A stretch of DNA of 51,370 nucleotides, from positions 1 to 51,370 of the forward strand of contig JAILMS010000102.1 of assembly GCA_024692385.1 (NCBI GenBank), read 5' to 3'. Positions 12,894 through 23,300 of this stretch are shown here, piece after piece; position 1 is the first letter of the stretch; each line of letters opens with the position of its first letter. Source of the DNA: Prevotella sp. GTDB taxonomy: Bacteria > Bacteroidota > Bacteroidia > Bacteroidales > Bacteroidaceae. The translations under genes and the position numbers were made by a program. The notes under the pieces were generated by a model. The model was not told the origin of the DNA. It saw only the letters and a list, made by a program, of their open reading frames with translations, and searched no databases.

Positions 12894-15143
12894 CTATTTC
12901 AATTCAAATGAACATTTTTCCATAATACGATCGGAGGCAGTACCGATAAGTGCCTCAAACTGTCCTGGCTCAGCAGTCCACTGACCTTTTACTTCGTCGT
13001 AGAAGCTCAAGGCATCACGAGCAATGGTAAGTGTCACATCGCGGCTCTCGCCAGGTTGTAAGAATACCTTCTGGAAGGCTTTCAGCTCTTTCACAGGGCG
13101 ATCTACCGAAGCCTTCTTGTCGCTGACATAGAGCTGGACGGTCTCTGCACCAGCACGGCTACCAGTATTAGTAACGTTGATGGTGAAAGAGAATTTCTCG
13201 TCAGCCGTCATTTGCTTCTTATCAGCTACGGGCTTACCTATCTTAAAGGTGGTATAGCTGAGACCATGACCAAAGGCAAACAGCGGACGAATCTTCTTTT
13301 TGTCTGCCCAGCGATAGCCTACATAGATACCCTCCTTGTATTCCTCGTCGATAATCTTGTAGTCGTCACGCCATATGCCAGGGAATGCCTTCAAAGCATG
13401 CGCTCCACAGTCGTCCAGACGCTGATACCAAGTGTAAGGCAGCTTACCAGAGGGATTGGCCTCGCCAAAGAGCACGTCGGCAATGGCATTGCCTGCCTCT
13501 GAGCCAAGAAACCACGCCTGCAGGATAGCAGGCACCTTGTTGGCAAACGGCATAGCAACAGCGTTACCACTGATATTGACATACACCAGACGGGGATTGA
13601 CAGCCAGCAGTGCCTCGATGAGTTCGTTCTGACCGTAGGGCAGCTCATACTGCTTGCGGTCGTGGCCCTCACAATCCTGGAAGTCGCTCTTGTTCAGTCC
13701 TCCGAAGAAGATGACGACATCAGCCTGCTTAGCCTTCTCTACAGCCTCGGCAATCAGTTCAGCCTTTGAACGAGTCTCACGAAGGCTGCGACCTACTGTT
13801 ACACCGTCGAAACTCTGGATGGTATCACCTACATAGCCACGGGCGTAGTCGATGGTAGAGGTCTGACGGCTGAGGGCTGATGTCAGACCATCGAGGGGCA
13901 GAATCTCGTGCTGTACTTTAAGCGACGACGAGCCACCGCCAACAGTCATCATCTTGATGGCATTCTCACCAACCACCAGGATGCGCTGCTGCTTTGACTT
14001 ATCCAATGGCAGCAAGGTCTCATTTTTTAATCCTTTAATTTTTTCATTTTTCAGCAATACGATACCTTCCTGTGCTATCTTTCTGGCTGCATCGTAGTGA
14101 GCCTCAGAACAGAGGAAGCCATAGGGCTTGTGGCGATTCATCGTGGTGCGATAGAACAGACGCAGCACGCGACGCACCTTTTCGTCGAGTTCCTTGGTGG
14201 TGAACTTTCCTTCCTGGATGAGTTGCTTGTAGGCTACTGCCATGTGGTAACTGTCGTAGGCATTGGTACGTCCCATCTTCAGACCATCGGTCCATGTGCC
14301 AAACTCCAGGTCAAGGCCATTGGTAACGGCCTCTTCCGTATTATGACAGCCACCCCAGTCACTGATGACTACACCATCGAAGCCCCAGTCCTGCTTCAGA
14401 ATCTTATTCAGAAGGATATTATTATGACAATTGTGTTGGTTCTTATATAGGTTGTAAGCACCCATGATGGCCCATGCCCCACCCTGCTGCACGGCAGCAC
14501 GGAAGGCAGGCAGATAGATTTCATGGAGGGCACGGTCACTGATGATGACATTCACCTGATGGCGATATTCCTCGTCATTATTCAGTGCATAGTGCTTCAC
14601 ACACGATGCCACACCCTTCGACTGCAGGCCCTGCACATAGGGCACCACCATCTGCGAGGCGAGATAAGGGTCTTCACCCATATACTCGAAGTTACGACCT
14701 CCCAGTGGTGTGCGATTGATGTTCACACCAGGGCCCAGAATGACGCTCTTGTTACGATAGAGCGCCTCTTCACCCAATGAGGTGCCATAGAGACTGGCCA
14801 TAGCGGGATTCCATGTAGCAGCCAGACAGGTCAGTGCAGGGAATGCCACACACGAGTCGTTGGTCTGACCAGCCTGCACCCACTCGTCCCAAAGCACGTC
14901 AGGACGCACACCGTGAGGACCATCATCCGTCCACAGGTCAGGAAAGCCGAGACGCTTCACGCCAGGACTCGAGAACTTTGACTGCGCATGAATCACGGCA
15001 ATCTTCTCGTCGAGTGTCATCCTGCTGAGTGCGTCGTCGATGCGCTGCTCCACAGGTACCGTCTCATCGAGATACTTGGGTAGTTGCTGAGCCTGTGCGC
15101 TGGCAGTCATCATAAGGGAAACAGTTAATATTAAATTTCTCAT
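12894..15143 (-). CDS. GH3 beta-glucosidase with C-terminal Fn3-like domain
   Basis: DGPHGVR, GRNFEYMGEDP, KHY, nucleophile motif VISDWGG, FGHGLSYTTF, ELKAFQKV; signal peptide. Confidence 0.95.
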   Translation of the reverse strand: MRNLILTVSLMMTASAQAQQLPKYLDETVPVEQRIDDALSRMTLDEKIAVIHAQSKFSSPGVKRLGFPDLWTDDGPHGVRPDVLWDEWVQAGQTNDSCVAFPALTCLAATWNPAMASLYGTSLGEEALYRNKSVILGPGVNINRTPLGGRNFEYMGEDPYLASQMVVPYVQGLQSKGVASCVKHYALNNDEEYRHQVNVIISDRALHEIYLPAFRAAVQQGGAWAIMGAYNLYKNQHNCHNNILLNKILKQDWGFDGVVISDWGGCHNTEEAVTNGLDLEFGTWTDGLKMGRTNAYDSYHMAVAYKQLIQEGKFTTKELDEKVRRVLRLFYRTTMNRHKPYGFLCSEAHYDAARKIAQEGIVLLKNEKIKGLKNETLLPLDKSKQQRILVVGENAIKMMTVGGGSSSLKVQHEILPLDGLTSALSRQTSTIDYARGYVGDTIQSFDGVTVGRSLRETRSKAELIAEAVEKAKQADVVIFFGGLNKSDFQDCEGHDRKQYELPYGQNELIEALLAVNPRLVYVNISGNAVAMPFANKVPAILQAWFLGSEAGNAIADVLFGEANPSGKLPYTWYQRLDDCGAHALKAFPGIWRDDYKIIDEEYKEGIYVGYRWADKKKIRPLFAFGHGLSYTTFKIGKPVADKKQMTADEKFSFTINVTNTGSRAGAETVQLYVSDKKASVDRPVKELKAFQKVFLQPGESRDVTLTIARDALSFYDEVKGQWTAEPGQFEALIGTASDRIMEKCSFELK

Positions 15144-15161
15144 TATCTCAATTTCTCAATT
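15134..15161. repeat. Octamer tract spanning the GH16-GH3 junction
   Basis: aatttctc attatctc aatttctc aatt; includes the GH3 start codon. Confidence 0.6.
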
Positions 15162-16271
15162 TTACTTTTGAAAGACGCGTACATAGTCTACCTCCATCGT
15201 GGTGGGCAATGCTGACTCGTCAACACCCTGGGCACCGCCCCAGTCGCCACCCCAAGCAAGGTTGAGGATTACGTAGAAGGGATCATCGTAGGGCCAGTCA
15301 TCGCGACCCAGTCCACGGTTGTCGTAAGAGAGCTGTACCTGACCATCCACATAGGTGGTAATGTTATCGGCTGTCCACAGGATAGCATAGGTGTGGAAGT
15401 CGTCCTCAGCACCCTCACACTTCATCTCGTGGGTAACCTGTGTACCGGCAGTATGTACGTGTGCATTAGCATGCAGGCTTGACGACACATAGTTGGGGTG
15501 ATAACCCACCTCTTCCATGATATCAATCTCACCGTCAGCAGGCCATGAGTGGAAGTTGACAGGCATCATCCAGAAGGCAGGCCATGTACCCTTTCCCTTT
15601 GGCAACTTGATGCTGGCTTCAATATAGCCATAGGTCCAACCCTCACGCACCTTGGCATAGACACGACCAGAATAAATCTTGCCGTTCTCTTTCAGGGCAG
15701 TAATGCGCAGCTTACCGTTTCTAACCTCTGTCACCAGCTTACCCTCGGGAGTCTTGTGGTTGACATACTCCTGCAGCTCGTTGTTCACACGACCTTTACC
15801 CCATACCTCATGGGTCCAGTCGGCAGCATTCAACTCAGAGCCGCTATTAAACTCATCGTGCCACACCAGCTTATAGCCTTCAGGAGCATTAGAGTCAAGC
15901 GATGCCTCCTGAGAGACAACAATGTTCTTACGGCTGTTACCCGACATGATAACCACAGCGCCAGTACGCTCATAAGAAGTAGGATTATCTTCCACCATAA
16001 CGGTTACTGTGCCGCTGGAACTGTTGGTATTCTCGTAGTTTATCTTGATAAAATCAGCAGTAGCATAAGCGCCCCACTCCTTGGCCGTAGTGGTAACATT
16101 GATGGTAACGGTGCCACCCTCTTCTGGCACAGAGAAACTCTCCTGCGAGACAGTGATGGCGGCATCAGAAGCCGCATCACCCTCGTAGTAACTGTATTTG
16201 TCGCTCTCACCGCAGCCCCAAAGGGCTACAGCTAATGAGAGCAAAAATGAATTTAGCATATTCTTTTTCAT
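15162..16271 (-). CDS. GH16 endo-beta-1,3-glucanase (laminarinase-type) lipoprotein with BACON-like domain
   Basis: Lipobox LWGC; BACON-like N-domain; WPAFWM, catalytic EIDIME, LNLAWGGDWGG, VDYVRV. Confidence 0.92.
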   Translation of the reverse strand: MKKNMLNSFLLSLAVALWGCGESDKYSYYEGDAASDAAITVSQESFSVPEEGGTVTINVTTTAKEWGAYATADFIKINYENTNSSSGTVTVMVEDNPTSYERTGAVVIMSGNSRKNIVVSQEASLDSNAPEGYKLVWHDEFNSGSELNAADWTHEVWGKGRVNNELQEYVNHKTPEGKLVTEVRNGKLRITALKENGKIYSGRVYAKVREGWTYGYIEASIKLPKGKGTWPAFWMMPVNFHSWPADGEIDIMEEVGYHPNYVSSSLHANAHVHTAGTQVTHEMKCEGAEDDFHTYAILWTADNITTYVDGQVQLSYDNRGLGRDDWPYDDPFYVILNLAWGGDWGGAQGVDESALPTTMEVDYVRVFQK

Positions 16272-16283
16272 AAGTTAAATGTT

Positions 16284-18749
16284 CTATTCTGCTTTTTCAA
16301 AAATGATATCACTAATGACGATATTGGTACCGACGGGTGAACCGCCGAAGTCGAACACCATCGTTAATTCATGGGCATCACCTTTCGGGAGCACAACGCC
16401 AAGTGCCTTATAAACGAATGGCTCATCGGCTGAAATGTTGTGACGGTCACCGAAGAAGAAATTATCGTCGTGCTTCTCGCTTTCGCTTACATCGCTTTGT
16501 GTCAACTTGATAGTAGCGCCATCAATATTGTTGTCAGCAGTAATCGTGCATTGGAAATTATAGGAGTTATTTTGAGCCGCACTCAGGGTAGTGAATATCT
16601 TCACCTGTCCTTGCCATTGTAAACCGCCTGTATTTTCAGGTACTGTCAGACTCCACACTTTGCCATTGTGACTAACCTTCGGCTGCGTTCCAAGTTCACT
16701 CCAGTTATTATCGGCAAACCAAGTTGTTATTCCTTTCAAGGCATCGCCATTGTCCACTGACTTCCAGAGGTTATTGGCATCGTCATATGATAGTGCAACA
16801 ACTTCTTCAAGGTAAATCTTACTGATGATAACGTGAGCACCAACAGGGGCACCGCCGAAATCGAATACCAGTGTCAACTCGTGGGCATCGCCCTTAGGTA
16901 GTACAACAGCTTCAGCCTTGTATATAAAAGGAACATCTGCAGTAATGTTGTGACGGTCGCCGAAGAAGAAATTGTCATCATGCTTCTCGCTTTCACTTAC
17001 ATCGCTCTGTGTCAGTTTGATGGTAGCATTATCAATATTTTGATCAGATTCTACTACGCAGTAGAAGTTATATTTCTTTGACTGACTTGCACCAATGGTT
17101 GTGAAAATCTTCACCTGGCCCTGCCACTGAGAGCCTCCGATACCCTGAGGGATGTCGAGTTCCCATACACCGTTAGCATGCTTAATCTTGGGCTGTGTTG
17201 GTAATGTTGCCCAACCATTGTCAGCAAACCATGTATCAACGCCTTTAAGTGCACTGCCATCTTCTACTGCTTTCCAAAGGTTGGCAGATGAAGTAGCATC
17301 CCAGTCCATTGTTGGTGTGTCGCCGCCTTCCTCAGGAATCTTTGTGCCGTCATCGTTGGCATGATCCTTCAGCACGATGCTGTTTACATTAACTGTGGTT
17401 CCAGCATCGCAGCCACCGAAATCGAGTACCAGCATGACCTTCGACATATCTAGACCAGGCATATCGCTCTTCCAGAACACATAGTCCTGACCAGCCTTCA
17501 GGTCAATACGGTCGGTAAAGTAGAATACACCATCGTCACCATCAAGAACCAGTTTCACGGTAGCACCATTCAGGTCCTTGTTACTATTGAAGATTGCAGA
17601 GAAGTCATAGTTGGTAGCTGCATTGGTGGTCAGATTCGTATGGAACTTCACCTGAGCCTGCCACTGGTCTGAAGTAGCTTCAGGGAGTGTGATGGTATAG
17701 TCGTTGCCAGCATCCACGAAACCAGGATCAGCAATCTGAGACCAGCCAGGAGCATACCAGAACTCCATCGTCGGAGTAATACCCTTCCACATATTGAAGT
17801 CGCTGTTGGCATCGAAACCATCCTCATTGACGAAGCGCTCGTCAGCCTCACAGGTCAGGATAAAGCGCCAGGCAATGCTACGGTCAGGCTTGTCATATAC
17901 CAGCACCAGCTTCTTGGCTGTCAGCTGCTCCACACGGAACAAGGGGTCAGCATACTGGTCGTCACTACTGATATAGGGGAACAATGTGTTGGCCGACAGG
18001 CGGATAAAGCGCTGTTTGCTCACATTACCCTCAGCATCTGTCCAGTCGAGTTCCTCGAAGTTCCAGGCAGCCGTCTGTTCGCCCAGTGCCACGTCGATAT
18101 CAGCATCATCGTTCTGGGTGTTCCATTTAGTTACACCCTTATTGACATATGTCATACCATCAGCACCAGGGTTGTAAGTATAGCTACCACCCTTTTTGGT
18201 TGTAGCTGTAAAGACGATGCGGTCGTCATATACGCCAAAGGCCTTCTTGTCGTCAGCAGCAGCCGACCACCATTCTGTACCAGCTGTTCCTGCAGGGCCA
18301 CAACCCATGTGACCGGCCTCCTTGTTGGCAATGCGCCACTCCTTGTCGGCAATGCGACGGAAGTCACTGCTATAGTCTATCTTAGTCTCATTGAATGTAT
18401 AGGTCTTCTTGATGCTACCATGGCTAAAGCCGTTGCGGTTGCCCAGCTTCATCTCGATGGTATGCGTGCCTGCCTCATCGTTCTTATAGCCCACCTCGGG
18501 GAGGGTTGAATAGGATGTGCCGTCGAGAATCCATATAGGATAGAGACCTGGCTGTGCCTTATAGGTAGCCACCATCTGGTTGGTCTCCTGGTCTACCGTT
18601 ATCTGGAAGTCCACACCGTCAACAGTTGGTCTGCCGTTGGGGTCGGCACCGTCAAAGCTGTCGGGAGAGCAGGCTGCGAACCCAGTAGCCAATAAACAAT
18701 AACTCATAACCGTTATTGCTTGGCGCATATTTTTTATTGTTGTTTTCAT
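16284..18749 (-). CDS. Surface glycan-binding lipoprotein (SGBP-B/SusE-position) with three tandem CBM-like modules
   Basis: Lipobox FAAC; directly downstream of susD; GHMGCGP...WWSA domain; three Trp-rich repeats (NxWK...WQxQVK...ATxKL...DFGG). Confidence 0.8.
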   Translation of the reverse strand: MKTTIKNMRQAITVMSYCLLATGFAACSPDSFDGADPNGRPTVDGVDFQITVDQETNQMVATYKAQPGLYPIWILDGTSYSTLPEVGYKNDEAGTHTIEMKLGNRNGFSHGSIKKTYTFNETKIDYSSDFRRIADKEWRIANKEAGHMGCGPAGTAGTEWWSAAADDKKAFGVYDDRIVFTATTKKGGSYTYNPGADGMTYVNKGVTKWNTQNDDADIDVALGEQTAAWNFEELDWTDAEGNVSKQRFIRLSANTLFPYISSDDQYADPLFRVEQLTAKKLVLVYDKPDRSIAWRFILTCEADERFVNEDGFDANSDFNMWKGITPTMEFWYAPGWSQIADPGFVDAGNDYTITLPEATSDQWQAQVKFHTNLTTNAATNYDFSAIFNSNKDLNGATVKLVLDGDDGVFYFTDRIDLKAGQDYVFWKSDMPGLDMSKVMLVLDFGGCDAGTTVNVNSIVLKDHANDDGTKIPEEGGDTPTMDWDATSSANLWKAVEDGSALKGVDTWFADNGWATLPTQPKIKHANGVWELDIPQGIGGSQWQGQVKIFTTIGASQSKKYNFYCVVESDQNIDNATIKLTQSDVSESEKHDDNFFFGDRHNITADVPFIYKAEAVVLPKGDAHELTLVFDFGGAPVGAHVIISKIYLEEVVALSYDDANNLWKSVDNGDALKGITTWFADNNWSELGTQPKVSHNGKVWSLTVPENTGGLQWQGQVKIFTTLSAAQNNSYNFQCTITADNNIDGATIKLTQSDVSESEKHDDNFFFGDRHNISADEPFVYKALGVVLPKGDAHELTMVFDFGGSPVGTNIVISDIIFEKAE

Positions 18750-18772
18750 AACCTTCAATATTTATAGTATTA

Positions 18773-20311
18773 TTATTTATTCTGATTCAGCGTAGGATCC
18801 TTATCCAGCTCGTCCTGAGCCAATGGGATATACTTCTTGCTAGGAGTCCATGAATTGGTACGATAACCATAGGCATCGGGAACAAGGACAGTAGAAGCCT
18901 TCTGCGTAGCACCAGGGATACCCTCAGCACGTACTAAGTCGAAGTAGCGCTTACCCTCACCACAGAATTCCAAGTGGCGCTCGTTAAAGATATCATCGAT
19001 AGTGCAACCGTTGATAGCGGGCAGACCAGCACGAGCACGAACCTCGTTCACATAACCTGCTGCTTCGGCAACGCTACCACCTGTCTGCAATAGCAGTTCA
19101 GCTGCATTCAGCAAGGTCTCAGCATAGCGGTAGATACGCTTGTTGTTATTGTAGTTCAGGTTCTTAGAAGTAGGACAGTCCTTATTGTTTTCTGACTGTG
19201 GGCGGTATTTACCATGCCATAGATGGGTATCCTGATAGCGCTCAGTATAGCTGTAGCCACGGAGATCCCAAATGGTTACATCACGACGGAGGTCGCCTTC
19301 GGCATACATGTTGTAGGTCTCGACTCTGACAGGCAGGAATCCCCAGCCATCATTTCCGCCGTCCCAGCCTTCACCGCCGCCCCAACCGTTGGGAGAGCAG
19401 AGTGTGGGGAATACTGTACCACCGGCATTGAGTGCAGCTGCCCCCCAGTCACGCTGGGCCTGGTCGTCGTTGTAGTTAATCTCGAAGATGCTCTCTGCGC
19501 ACCACTCACCACTCTCAGCCCAAAGGTCTGCAAAGCTGGGATTCAGCTCATAATTGCTGTCAGCAATAATCTGCTTCATATAGCTGAGTGCTGTAGGATA
19601 GCGTGCACTGTCATTCTGATACATCACCATCTCAGCATAGAGCATGTAAGCCATTGCCTGCGATACGCGTCCAGATTCAGCAGCAGGCCAACGCATAGGC
19701 AACACATTAGAGTTGATGATATCCTCCAGTTCGGGAAGAAGCTGGTTATAGATCTCGTCAGCACTCATCTGCGGAGCAGTGTAAGGCAGCGAGAGGTTCT
19801 CCAGATAGAAGGGAACATTGCCATAGTAGTGCCACAGTATATTATAATAGTACACGCGTAGCAGACGAGCCTGCATAATCATCTTGTTGATGAAGTCACT
19901 ACTCAGATTGCCATTATTCCATCCAGCATATTTTATCGCGTCGTTACAACGCTTGATGCCGCTATAGAAATCGCCCCAAAGGGTTCCCAGCGTCTGTGTG
20001 CCACTGCCCTCAAAGTTGAAGAGCTTGTGCCAGTGCTCGTTGTCAGTATTGTTGCTACCGCCAACCCAGAAGTCGTCGCCCATGATTTCACCGTCGACGG
20101 TCAGATCATTGTAGGCAACATTGTCCCAATCGGGCCAGTGCAGAGGAGCGTATGCTGAGGTCAGAGCCTCGTTCAGAGTCTCCTCATTGGTATAATATTC
20201 TTCCAGAGGTTCACCTGTCGGATTCTTCACCTCCAAGAAATCGTCGCTGCAGGAAGACAGTGTAAATGCTACTGCGCAAAAACCTGCTATGATAGAAATA
20301 TTCTTGTTCAT
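18773..20311 (-). CDS. susD: SusD/RagB family lipoprotein
   Basis: Lipobox LSSC-SDDFL; RYAETLLNAAE, VRARAGL, ERHLEFCGEGKRYFDLVR, YIP...DP.L.QN. Confidence 0.95.
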   Translation of the reverse strand: MNKNISIIAGFCAVAFTLSSCSDDFLEVKNPTGEPLEEYYTNEETLNEALTSAYAPLHWPDWDNVAYNDLTVDGEIMGDDFWVGGSNNTDNEHWHKLFNFEGSGTQTLGTLWGDFYSGIKRCNDAIKYAGWNNGNLSSDFINKMIMQARLLRVYYYNILWHYYGNVPFYLENLSLPYTAPQMSADEIYNQLLPELEDIINSNVLPMRWPAAESGRVSQAMAYMLYAEMVMYQNDSARYPTALSYMKQIIADSNYELNPSFADLWAESGEWCAESIFEINYNDDQAQRDWGAAALNAGGTVFPTLCSPNGWGGGEGWDGGNDGWGFLPVRVETYNMYAEGDLRRDVTIWDLRGYSYTERYQDTHLWHGKYRPQSENNKDCPTSKNLNYNNNKRIYRYAETLLNAAELLLQTGGSVAEAAGYVNEVRARAGLPAINGCTIDDIFNERHLEFCGEGKRYFDLVRAEGIPGATQKASTVLVPDAYGYRTNSWTPSKKYIPLAQDELDKDPTLNQNK

Positions 20312-20332
20312 ATTGTATTTCCTTTTTAATGA

Positions 20333-23300
20333 TTAGAGTGAAACATTGAAACCGACAGTCCATGTGCGAGCCTGCGGATAAACACCATAGTCAACACCAA
20401 GAGAGGTTGAGCCAGAACCGATTTCCGGGTCGAAGCCCCAATACTTGGTCCATGTTATCAGGTTCTCTGCACGTACATAGAAACGCAGACGGCTGATGTT
20501 AACCTTCTGAGTCAGACGGCGTGGCAAAGTATAGCCCAGCGTAATGTTCTTCAGACGCAGGTAGCTACCGTCCTGGATATACATGTCGCTACAAACCCAG
20601 TTCTCTGACTTACCCAGTGTAGGAACGCTGTTTGAAGTACCCTCACCTGTCCAGCGCTGAAGCACCCAAGTAGGATAGTTACCAGAGGCCACATCCTGAC
20701 GATAGGTAGCATCGAAGACATCAGCGCCACTAACACCCTGGAAGAATACACTCAGATCGAAGCCCTTCCATTCTGCGTCGAAGTTCATACCGAAGGTCCA
20801 GTCGGGTACACCGTTACCGATGTTGGTACGGTCATCAGCGGTAATCTTATTGTCACCATTTACATCTACGAAACGGAAGTCACCAGGGTCAGAAGATGTA
20901 CCGTACTGTGCGTTGTATGCGTCAGCCTCAGCCTTGTTCTGCAGGATACCATCCGTCTTGTAACCATAGAAGAAGGGGAAGGGCTGTCCGTTCTCAGCGC
21001 GTGTACCACCATCATTAAACTGACTGATACCGAAGTTCAGGAAGCCTGTGTCGTTACCCAGATTCTTCAACTCATTCTTCAGATAAGAAGCGTTAGCCTT
21101 GACGGCAAAGTGAGCATCGCTGATGTTGAACTTATAACCGAGCTCAAATTCCCAACCGCTATTCTTCATGTCGCCAACGTTGGCCAGCGGACGAGCCTCA
21201 CCCACATAGCTGGGGATAGGCATCTCGATAATCATGCCGTTGGTATTCTTAACAAAGTAGTCAACAGAGAATGTCAGCTTGTTATTCCACAGACCGAGGT
21301 CAACACCCAAGTTTGTCTGTTCACTCTCCTCCCACTTCAGGTCTTCGTTAGCCAGGCGGTTTGCCTTAGAGCCATAGACCATCGAGGCTGTTTGTCCAAA
21401 ATAGTAGTTACTGCTTGTACCTGAGTTTGTCAGCGTGGTATAAGCAAAGTCACCGATATTGTCGTTACCATTCTTACCCCAGCTACCACGAAGCTTCAAG
21501 TTAGTCAGCCAGTCGCGGGTATTCTCCATGAATTTCTCGTTCATCAGGTTCCAACCCAGTGAGAATGAGGGGAAGGTACCGTACTTATTGTTAGCACCGA
21601 AGCGGCTTGAACCATCACGACGAATAGTAAACTGTGCCATGTAGCGCTCGTCGTAGTTATAGCTGAGACGGGCGAAGAGTGACGACAGGCGATGCTCCAC
21701 ATAAGGACCACCCCATGCACCTACGAGACTCTTGGCACCGGTAATCTTACCATCTTCATCCTGTGACAGTTCCAGATCTCCACCAGTGGTGTAGTTAAGG
21801 CTGGGCTTAGCAGTATTCACCAAGTTCCAGTGCGAACCACCGAGCTCAGTACCCTTAGTCTTCAGAGCACTCTGTCCGAGTACGACACCGATGGTGTGCT
21901 TGCCGATAATCTTGTCGTAGGTCAGCGTATTCTCCACCTGCCAGGTGTTGTTGTCACCCTTATAAGAGGTTGCTGAGGTATGGTCGGCATTATTGTTACC
22001 AGAGAGATAGTACTTCTGCAGCGTAGCAGCCTCGTAGCCCCAGAAAGAGAGCTCAGCGCTATATGAGAAGTGATATTTCAGTGCATCCCACAGCTGTAGG
22101 TCGATGGTGAATTTCGGCATAAACTTATGGCTCCAGTTCTTGTTGGGATTGCCCTGCATCATAGCGATGGGGTTATTCTGCTCCTGGTAAGAACCGATAA
22201 AGCCAGGCACCGTATAAGGATTGCCATTGCTGTCACGATAGAGATCATACTTAGAATACTGGTCTATCAGAGCCTGTCCCTTTTCGCCCTTAAGCGTGAC
22301 AGGCAGCGTTGGAGCCAGATAGAGGGCAGAACCGAGTGGAGAGCCCCATGTTGAGTTGGCATCAATACCAGTATTATGTACGCGCATGTAAGAAACGTTG
22401 GCACTTACATCCAGTTTGTTCAGGAAGTTACGCTCCTTAGAGTCGTCAAACAGGTTGTACTGCGTGTTTGAGCGAATGGTCAGACGGTCATAGTTAGAGT
22501 GGCCGTAGTTACCACCGACGATACCCTCCTGAGTGAAGTAACCCAGTGAGAGGTAGTAGTTTACCTTCTCAGAAGCACCGCTGACGCTGAGGTCATGCTG
22601 TACGATAGGTGCATTGTCGTTGAAGAGCAAATCCTGCCAGTCGGTACCAAAGCCCTTAATGGCCTCACCGTTGGCATCCACCAGATTGTAGGGATCGCTA
22701 TAGAGAGGTGCCTGACCTTTCTGTACATAGCGCTCGTTCTGCAGGATAGCATAGTCGGTAGCACCCGTTACGTCGCGCTTCTTCCAAGCCGACTGCCAAC
22801 CATAAGAGAAATTATAGTTGATAGAAGCCTTACCCAGCTTACCCTTCTTGGTGGTCACGAGGATAACACCATTGGCAGCACGGGCACCGTAGATAGCACC
22901 TGAGGCAGCATCCTTCAACACCTCGATACTCTCAATATCGTTAGGGTTCACGCTCTCCATACCGTCCTGGTTGGTAGGCATGCCATCAATAATATAAAGA
23001 GGTTCAGAGTTGTTGATGGTACCAATACCACGAATACGAATCATTGACTTTGCACCTGGCTGACCAGAAGCAGAGGTAACATTCACACCTGCTGCCATAC
23101 CCTTCAGGGCATCCTCAGCACGCAGACGCGTCTTACCTTCCAAGTCGTCGGCACTCACCTTGGCAATAGAGGCGGTGACCACACTCTTTTTCTGTACACC
23201 ATAACCGATGACGACGACGTCCTGCAGTGTCTGGGCGTCTTCCTTCATTGTCACCTTCATGCCGTTAGCGGCCTTCACCTCCTGGGTAATATAGCCTACA

